Of a stretch of DNA of 64,000 nucleotides, positions 57,752-64,000 are shown piece after piece (position 1 is the first letter of the stretch; the number at the start of each line of letters is the position of its first letter). The notes below the pieces were generated by a model. That model worked only from the letters and a program-made list of their open reading frames with translations. It was not told where the DNA came from and did no database searches. The stretch comes from an uncultured Desulfurococcaceae archaeon (lineage in GTDB: Archaea > Thermoproteota > Thermoprotei_A > Sulfolobales > NBVN01). The stretch lies in the NCBI GenBank assembly GCA_964655125.1, contig CAZZLT010000021.1, positions 8,078 through 72,077 of the forward strand, written 5' to 3'. A program made the translations under genes and the position numbers.

Positions 57752-58267
57752 TTAAACACCTGATTTCCTCTTACTGGAGGTGAGACCCCTATACTTTAAA
57801 GCTAATTTCCTAGCTTCTTGTACATTGACGTACCCATGCAGGTACCTTTCACTACCATCCCTACTAACAACCATGATCACTGGTGCTAATGAACAACAAC
57901 CAAAGCATCTAGCCCTCTCAACACTAACTAAACCATCAGGAGATGTAGTACCTCCCTTAATACCTAAAGCATCTCTTAAAACCTTATAATTATCTTGATT
58001 ACCTTTTAAATGACATGCCGTACCCATACAGACTAAAAATATGTAGTACCCCGGGGGTTCGAGCTTGTATTGATGGTAGAAAGTAGCTACGTTAATTATA
58101 TCTGATAGGGGTATCCTCATAATGTTTGAGAGTTTCTCAAGAGCTTCCCGAGGTAGGTACCCATAAACTGACTGTATCTCCTGAAGTATCCTCATAAGAT
58201 ATTGCCTACTACTATACCTACCAAGTATATCTGATAAAACATTATCTACGTTACTTACCGTGGGCAT
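57752..58267 (-). CDS. NuoE/HoxE/HydC-like thioredoxin-fold 2Fe-2S subunit
   Basis: VCMGTACHLKG and RCFGCCSLAP supply the four 2Fe-2S cysteines. Confidence 0.9.
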   Translation of the reverse strand: MPTVSNVDNVLSDILGRYSSRQYLMRILQEIQSVYGYLPREALEKLSNIMRIPLSDIINVATFYHQYKLEPPGYYIFLVCMGTACHLKGNQDNYKVLRDALGIKGGTTSPDGLVSVERARCFGCCSLAPVIMVVSRDGSERYLHGYVNVQEARKLALKYRGLTSSKRKSGV

Positions 58268-58324
58268 GTAACCACCCTTAAGGTAATCATACTTAGCCTT
58301 AAGCTTATCATCAAGAGGTATTTG

Positions 58325-58347
58325 AAGAAAGCTTTAAAAGCTTTCTT
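58325..58347. promoter_or_regulatory. perfect 23-bp palindrome containing a TTTAAAA/TTTTAAA box, upstream of the hydrogenase operon
   Basis: AAGAAAGCTTT-A-AAAGCTTTCTT, with 11-nt arms read directly. It lies 58-80 nt upstream of the ATG at 58267, which is itself preceded by GGGTGG. Confidence 0.4.
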
Positions 58348-58420
58348 ACGATATCACCGTTATAAATCTCGATTAGAATAGTCATGAAAATATAATAAAT
58401 CTTTATTTTAAGTATACTAC

Positions 58421-58921
58421 TCATTCCATATTCTCTAAAATTGCGTTAACAGCTATTCTAGCAGCTGTTTTAACAACCTCACTACACTTATCAATAGCTC
58501 CACTACTGATGAACTCGTTAAGTTCATTAGGATCTCTTAAGTTATAGTACCTACCGAATAACCTTATATGTATATCCCTACATCTAACACTTCCGAAGGA
58601 CTCTTTAAACTCATCAAATACTTTATAACTAACCTCCATAGCCTTCTTATAACCTTTAGATTCTGTTGTAGGTTCTAACCTATCACGTCCGAATACTAAG
58701 CTAACAGCCATTAAAGCACCTAGTAAAGCACCGCAGACCTCACCACCCCTAGCTACACCCCCGGCTAACGCTGAAGCAGCTTTAAATACATTACCATCAC
58801 TTAAGTTAAGGACATCCTGAACAGCTTTTAAAGTCATTTGAGAACATCCATGGTATTTAAGGTCTAACTCCTTAGCTAGAGACTCAACCCTACTTATCAA
58901 TAACTCCTTATCTAGACGCAT
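58421..58921 (-). CDS. C_GCAxxG_C_C family putative redox-active protein
   Basis: GGEVCGALLGALMAV core motif plus additional conserved Cys residues (CSQM, RCRD, KCSE). Confidence 0.75.
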   Translation of the reverse strand: MRLDKELLISRVESLAKELDLKYHGCSQMTLKAVQDVLNLSDGNVFKAASALAGGVARGGEVCGALLGALMAVSLVFGRDRLEPTTESKGYKKAMEVSYKVFDEFKESFGSVRCRDIHIRLFGRYYNLRDPNELNEFISSGAIDKCSEVVKTAARIAVNAILENME

Positions 58922-59009
58922 TTAAAAACCCCTAACACCTACTACGTAGGAATTAATAAGTTCATGATATTTTAAAATTACATATGGGTTTAGTTCTTAC
59001 GGTGGTATC

Positions 59010-59689
59010 TTGAGTTCTAAAGTCAGTCTAGCCCTCATATTCTTTGGTAGGGAGGGAGTACCTTTAACAGCTTGGCCACGATACAATTACGATGTTGGGG
59101 GAAGGGTTAATGAGTTATTAAGTGAGTGTAGTAGTTGGTGTGTAGATGATTGCGAGTTTGTTATTAAGAAGTAGGTTAAAAGTGAGGAGGATTTAAGAAG
59201 GTCTAACAAATTTGATGGTGTAGTTATCTACATACTTACAACAGGTCTTAAGTATGTTCTATTCTATAGTGTTGTCAGGAAGCTAGGTAAGCCAACCCTA
59301 ATACTAACTGAACCTTACTACTCATTAGCACGGCCTAGAATTACTCAGCTTATGAGGGGGATTACCCAGTAATCAGTATATCCTCAAGTAGTAGGGAGGA
59401 TAGATCTGAACCATATGCTACCCATACACATGATGAGAATGTGAGACCAGCTGTTATTATGACTAAAATGAGTGTAGGGCAGGTAATCACTGTATGTCAA
59501 GTATCATCAGACTTCAGTAAACTCTACCTACATATTAATAAGGTAGTTGATACACCTATAATAGACTTAGGATGTAGGACTAAGATTAAGACTTACGTAA
59601 GGAATGTTAGGGAGTGGTTATGGAGTTATAGACAACCACTCCATAGGGTGGTTACTTACGATGACTGGAGTTATGAGTTATCTAGTTAG
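59010..59689 (+). pseudogene. disrupted gene of unknown function (in-frame TAG plus at least one frameshift)
   Basis: The frame from 59010 reads LSSKVSLALIFFGREGVPL...CEFVIKK*VKSEEDLRRSNKFDGVVIYILTTGLKY...TEPYYSLARP...*. The track ORF 59441..59689 continues in another frame. Confidence 0.45.
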
Positions 59690-59736
59690 CTAGGTTGATG
59701 AGGTTAGAAGTAGTTTACGAACCTGAATAACATATC

Positions 59737-60432
59737 TTAACTACTTAATACCTCATTCAGTAAGAACTCTAGTAACTCCCCTAAATCATTGAATACCGCT
59801 ACTGCATTAACACTACATAACTCATACTCTGTATACCCATCAGTACTTAACCCTATAAAGTATGAGCCTAAATTATTTGCTAAGTAACCATCAGTACAGG
59901 AATCACCTAAGACTACAGCATCATCACCTCTAACACCGATTAACTGGTCAGTATATGGTTTAGGCCTCCCACCAATATCTCTACCACATATACGTACCTT
60001 ATCAGTAGGTATCCCCAACCTACTGATTATGAATGATATCACACTATTAGGTTGGAGTGATGAGATATACACCTCCTTACCATTACTAATAAGTAACTCA
60101 AGTAATTCTCTAGCTCTTAAATCAGTAACTACCCTGTACAACGCTACTAACTCATACTCCTCAAGGATTTTAGAGAATAGTTGGAAATCCTTATGAATAC
60201 CCCACTCACCATAACATAACTTAATTAAGTCGTAAGGATCTACATAACTCTTGATTAAATCTATGTTAAAACCCCTCTCAATCATAGCCTTAGCTAACTC
60301 CCTCCTAACACTTATGAAGTCAATAAACTGTGTAAATCTATGAACGATAACACCATCAAAATCCAACACATATGTAGACCTCCTTAAAGCATCACGTAGA
60401 TGTACCTCACTACGGTTAGGACATATGAACAC
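59737..60432 (-). CDS. HAD-superfamily hydrolase
   Basis: Motif I VLDFDGVIV, a Lys in GRPKPYTD, and motif IV LGDSCTDG. Confidence 0.75.
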   Translation of the reverse strand: MFICPNRSEVHLRDALRRSTYVLDFDGVIVHRFTQFIDFISVRRELAKAMIERGFNIDLIKSYVDPYDLIKLCYGEWGIHKDFQLFSKILEEYELVALYRVVTDLRARELLELLISNGKEVYISSLQPNSVISFIISRLGIPTDKVRICGRDIGGRPKPYTDQLIGVRGDDAVVLGDSCTDGYLANNLGSYFIGLSTDGYTEYELCSVNAVAVFNDLGELLEFLLNEVLSS

Positions 60433-60490
60433 TTATCAACACCTCAACACTCTAAACTTAAATTCTTAGGATATACCTAATTAAGATTTA

Positions 60491-60883
60491 TCAATGCTTA
60501 AACATTAAGTTAAGTAGTACACCACCGTTACCTAACCATCTAGGTAATCTAATGATATGTGGGTTTAGGAATTTATCCACTATAACTACCCCAACATAAT
60601 CTGGTACGTATGTGAAAGCCCATGAATATGCAGTATATGGGAGGACCACGTAGACATAATCAGAAATTAATACCCTAGTACTTAACTGCTTAAGTAACTT
60701 AAGCTTAGGCCTCCTCTTAACCTCAAACACATGAACTGAAGGTCTGAGGATATCCGGGACTACAACAATTAAATCTATCTCTAAACCACCAACATATACG
60801 TTCCTCCCCATATGAATAGCTATACTATCAAATAACTTCAAGCAAGCATCAATTAACTCACTCTCATCTTTAAATACCTTCAA
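60491..60883 (-). CDS. small PD-(D/E)XK nuclease-fold candidate
   Basis: 130 aa. GGLEIDLIVVV ... VHVFEVKRR fits a D...ExK restriction-endonuclease-like core. Size is similar to Hjc-type resolvases, but the N-terminus differs. Confidence 0.45.
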   Translation of the reverse strand: MKVFKDESELIDACLKLFDSIAIHMGRNVYVGGLEIDLIVVVPDILRPSVHVFEVKRRPKLKLLKQLSTRVLISDYVYVVLPYTAYSWAFTYVPDYVGVVIVDKFLNPHIIRLPRWLGNGGVLLNLMFKH

Positions 60884-60992
60884 AGCCCGACAATATAAGT
60901 TGAAGACTATTTAAAATAACTACCTCTAAATACCTCAATAACTCAACACCATCAACTAGTATTACCGCTTAAGAGTAGAAAATCTTAGGAAA

Positions 60993-61100
60993 AGGTCTCG
61001 CCCCACTACGTGAAGATCTAACCGGTAAGCATAAGCCTACAGGGCTTTAACCCTGCAAGCTCATACTTATCAGTTAGATCTTCACGTAGTGGGTTGGCGC
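60993..61100 (-). ncRNA. candidate ~100-nt rod-shaped hairpin RNA (alternatively a MITE-like inverted-repeat element)
   Basis: 21-bp perfect stem (61002-61022 / 61073-61093), a 3x3 loop, an 11-bp stem, a 3x3 loop, and a 5-bp stem with a 6-nt loop. Both irregular pairs are G.U only on the minus strand. A TTAATTA box lies ~29 nt upstream and T-runs lie downstream in minus orientation. Confidence 0.4.
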
Positions 61101-61251
61101 CGTTAATATCTATGTTACGAATCTAATTAACCTTAGCATTATAATACGTAGAGTTTTTTATGATGTGTGGTTAAGGTGTTAATAAATTTTCTGATGTGTA
61201 AGTCATTAGGTATTACTTACTGATTTCATGAGTGTTTACTTAGTCCTTAAT

Positions 61252-62721
61252 TTATATTTCTATCTCCTTACTCTTAGCTTGACTCCACATACCTGGTATT
61301 AATATCGATAGAGCTGGTATTAATTCAAGCCTACCTAACCACATATACATTATTAGTACTACCTTACTCAACGTATTTAGGTTTTGAAATGATATGTATG
61401 CAGGTCCTACATTACCTTGAGCTGATGCTATTGCTGAGAGTGCTGAGAATGGGTCGTAACCTAAGGACGTCAGTGTTAAAGTACCTAAAACTACAGCTAT
61501 GAGATATAATGATATGAATGAGAGTATCCTTAATATTAATCCCTCCTCAACTACATGGGTATCTATCTTAATAGGTTTTACAATAGCTGAAGGTAGGTAT
61601 AGACGTTGTAATTCATTAACCATAGCTTTAAAGGTCACTACTAACCTACCTACCTTAATAGCACTACCAGTTGAGCAGATATTACCTCCTATAAACATCA
61701 GGATTAAAAGTAGTGATTTAGAGAATGGAGGCCAGTAATTAATATCTACTGTTAAGTAACCTGTTGTTGTTGCTATCGATACTACCTGGAAGACAGCATA
61801 TCGAAGTGCTTGCAGTATATCTAAACCTAAGTTCAACATTAAATCCAGTGTTACAGTTATTGATGCTATTGAAATTAAGAGTATATAGTACCTCACCTCA
61901 TAATATTTAAAGAATGCTTTAACACCGTACTTGAAGAGCATGTAGTGTGCTATAAAACTAGTAGCTCCTAAGAACTCAAACACTGTGAGGGTCCCCTCAA
62001 TATATAGGTTATTAAAAGCTGCTATACTAGCATCCCTAGTTGAGAACCCTCCAGTAGCTATTGCCGTGAATGAGTGGGTGATAGCTTCGAACGGATGCAT
62101 ACCGAATATTACCAGTATTACAGTACATATTAGTGTGTAGGACGTGTAGATAATCCATAAATCCCTAACCGTCACCCACGTTGAAGCTCTAATCTTAACC
62201 TCCCTAGCCTCTGCTAAGTATAGTTTGAAGAGCTCAGCAGTACTTGGAATACCTACTATCACTATAGTTAGGAGTACTATACCCATACCACCAACCCATT
62301 GAGTAAGTGCTCTCCAGAACAGTATGGTCTTAGGTAGTGATTCAAGATTAGTAAGTAACGTCATACCAGTAGTTGTGAAACCTGACATACTTTCGAAGTA
62401 AGCATCAACGAACGGAATACCACATATTATCATATATGGGATAGCACCTACCAACGGTAGTAGTAACCAGCTAATACCAGCTACTAATAACGCACAACTA
62501 AGGCTTAAGTGAGTTATAGGTATATAACGTGATGCAATGTAGGTGGAGATTATCAAAGACATACCTAAGAAAGTGAAGACTAAAGCATTTCCAACCTCAC
62601 CGTAGAGTAAACCTATAAATGCAGGTAAGAGTAGTATCACACCTGAAGCTGTTAGAATCCTAAGTAATGAAGAAATCAACGACTGATAACTCTTAACAAT
62701 TAATTTAAACCTCATCAACAC
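61252..62721 (-). CDS. trkH: TrkH/KtrB-family potassium transporter
   Basis: 489 aa, polytopic. Repeated pore-loop-like segments (SGFTTTGMT, TGGFSTRD, TTTGYLTV, GNVGPA) are typical of TrkH. Confidence 0.85.
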   Translation of the reverse strand: MLMRFKLIVKSYQSLISSLLRILTASGVILLLPAFIGLLYGEVGNALVFTFLGMSLIISTYIASRYIPITHLSLSCALLVAGISWLLLPLVGAIPYMIICGIPFVDAYFESMSGFTTTGMTLLTNLESLPKTILFWRALTQWVGGMGIVLLTIVIVGIPSTAELFKLYLAEAREVKIRASTWVTVRDLWIIYTSYTLICTVILVIFGMHPFEAITHSFTAIATGGFSTRDASIAAFNNLYIEGTLTVFEFLGATSFIAHYMLFKYGVKAFFKYYEVRYYILLISIASITVTLDLMLNLGLDILQALRYAVFQVVSIATTTGYLTVDINYWPPFSKSLLLILMFIGGNICSTGSAIKVGRLVVTFKAMVNELQRLYLPSAIVKPIKIDTHVVEEGLILRILSFISLYLIAVVLGTLTLTSLGYDPFSALSAIASAQGNVGPAYISFQNLNTLSKVVLIMYMWLGRLELIPALSILIPGMWSQAKSKEIEI

Positions 62722-62839
62722 GTAGTCACATCCTACACTCCTAATACCCTACAACTAATAAATACTGATAAAACTGTAAAGCCTGTTACAGTAATGAATT
62801 TAGTAAAAAGAAATTATTTAAGTTTAAATCCTTAACTCA

Positions 62840-63241
62840 TCACTCCTTACACGTAAATTCCTTAACTTTTACAAAGTTCTTAAATATCGGTTCTTCACCA
62901 CCAGGTGGTGAGTACACGAATAAGAATTCAAGTGTTTGACAAGTTGATGTATTCTCAAAACCGTGCTCCTCACCTACTGGTGCGTAAACTAACGTGTAGG
63001 GACCTACAGGAAACTCCTTATCCTTAGTGAAGAACTTACCCTCACCATGAATTATAAACATAATCTCCTCACAACAATCATGCTTATGTAGTGGTACCCT
63101 AACACCAGGCCCCATAACAGCTAATCCAATACTCATGTTCTTAATACCTATTAACTGAGGATTACCGTAGATCCTAACCCTACGTAATAGAGTTTCAGGG
63201 TGGTGGAATTCAGCAGCATCTGAAAACTTAATCACCTTCAT
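62840..63241 (-). CDS. cupin-domain protein
   Basis: PLHKHDCCEEIMFIIHGEG ... GEEHGFEN are the two cupin His-containing motifs. Confidence 0.75.
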   Translation of the reverse strand: MKVIKFSDAAEFHHPETLLRRVRIYGNPQLIGIKNMSIGLAVMGPGVRVPLHKHDCCEEIMFIIHGEGKFFTKDKEFPVGPYTLVYAPVGEEHGFENTSTCQTLEFLFVYSPPGGEEPIFKNFVKVKEFTCKE

Positions 63242-63617
63242 ACAGAACCCTCAAGTATATAGTAACACTAAATCAAAAATACTTTCTTGAAGCCCACCAA
63301 CTTCAGTAGATAGTGGTTCATTCTATCATTCCCGAATCACTACTCCTTAACAGTTACTCATCCCCATATACTCAGGTAAATCCAATCCTTAAGTGATTAA
63401 ACTAATCCTAAACACATAAAGCTCATTAAGTCCATCAACACATACAATCACCTATAGAAGACTTCATAACCCCAGCATAACATCAGGGACACTACAAGTA
63501 GTTAAGACTAAGACAACCGTGAATAATTACCTTATGATTTATGAAGTCTACAGAACTACCCTCTCCTCAACTCTACATTAGCATATATTAAGTAAATCAC
63601 TTAAATCCCCTACCATA

Positions 63618-64000
63618 CTAACTAGATATTACCTCAGCTTTACCGTAGTTACTTAACGTTTCTGTGAGTTTAGGTGTGTTCTTAGTATATAGTAGGAATC
63701 TTACTGTGTATCTACCGTGCTTCCTAGACAGCTCAACACACTTCCTATTACTATACTCTCTCACTAGATAGTCCTTACTTAACGGGAACTTAATAACTAT
63801 GTACTGACTACTTGATACTATACCTCTATCATAGACTTCATAACCTCTTAACACGTAGGTTAATGTCTTAACCCTAAATACTAACTCTGAAGCTAGGTAC
63901 AGTATGTAAGGTACTACGAATCCGATAATATACGCTATTAGTCTTAAGTTTAAGTCAGTAATTACGAATCTAGGTAGGATTAAGTAGAAGTATATGAAGT
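63618..64000 (-). CDS. membrane protein, paralog of 44669..45403; the 5' end lies beyond the window end
   Basis: The track ORF starts at GTG 63854, but the frame stays open to the window edge (FIYFYLILPRFVITDLNLRLIAYIIGFVVPYILYLASELVFRVKTLTYV-LRGYEVYDRGIV...). It is collinear with the TM4 and C-terminal domain of the 244-aa protein. Confidence 0.6.
   Translation of the reverse strand, partial: FIYFYLILPRFVITDLNLRLIAYIIGFVVPYILYLASELVFRVKTLTYVLRGYEVYDRGIVSSSQYIVIKFPLSKDYLVREYSNRKCVELSRKHGRYTVRFLLYTKNTPKLTETLSNYGKAEVISS

Noticed and set aside
60993-61100. The inverted repeats of the hairpin considered as origin recognition boxes (oriC).
   Set aside because: The 50-nt segment between the arms is GC-rich and itself base-paired, not an AT-rich unwinding element. 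No orc1/cdc6 gene is nearby, and the arm sequence does not match the ORB consensus I remember.
61160-61223. C/D-box-like strings on the plus strand: ATGATGT, then CTGA at 61191, TGATGT, then CTGA at 61220.
   Set aside because: Box spacing is about 22-24 nt instead of the tightly conserved ~12 nt guides of archaeal C/D sRNAs. There is no terminal stem or K-turn-compatible C'/D' pair.
1-64000. A search by eye for CRISPR arrays, rRNA, canonical tRNA (T-arm GGTTCRANTCC and its complement), IS elements and integrases.
   Set aside because: Nothing was found. There are no regularly spaced repeats, no T-arm consensus in either orientation within the GC-rich islands, and no transposase- or integrase-like ORF. 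A covariance-model tRNA scan would be needed to exclude intron-containing or split tRNAs.

Overview
The window is a gene-dense, AT-rich archaeal chromosome segment, probably from a hyperthermophilic crenarchaeote. Supporting this: split purL/Q/S, a short PurA, a four-subunit PFOR, GH57 and short GlgP glycogen enzymes, BRE/TATA-like promoters, and GC-rich islands only where structured RNA is expected. I cannot name the species.

Gene content from left to right:
- A co-directional purine operon (purM-T-D-F'-F-L-Q-S-C), followed by purA and a purine PRTase.
- A Cys-type formate dehydrogenase pair.
- A GNAT and a solo Cas4-like nuclease.
- A glycogen cluster (glgP, GH57, sugar-1-P nucleotidyltransferase, glgA, one unknown protein).
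- Rubrerythrin and an AbrB-PhoU regulator.
- porGDAB.
- A HAD phosphatase, membrane protein and GT4 triad.
- A compact RNase P-like RNA.
- sfsA, ggt, an MNT/HEPN toxin-antitoxin pair (HEPN frameshifted), an IDH/IPMDH-family dehydrogenase, mscS and ribB.
- A three-gene membrane/surface cluster.
- A 12.8 kb minus-strand array: a C_GCAxxG_C_C protein, a five-gene hydrogenase operon, and a 2-oxoacid/acetoin dehydrogenase complex with an AcoX-like gene and lplA.
- trkH, a cupin, and a truncated paralog of one of the membrane genes.

The main finding is the hydrogenase operon. It combines NuoE-, NuoF- and NuoG-N-like subunits with an intact [NiFe] large subunit. Its 468-aa partner fuses a [NiFe] small subunit to two ferredoxin motifs and a shortened, degenerate [FeFe]-hydrogenase H-domain.

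Secondary findings:
- A 92-nt rod-like hairpin that is a candidate RNA.
- Two genes whose conserved N-termini start at ATT directly after a stop codon.
- A palindromic operator-like site on the hydrogenase promoter.
- A purF paralog that lacks Cys1.

No CRISPR array, rRNA or convincing tRNA was seen.
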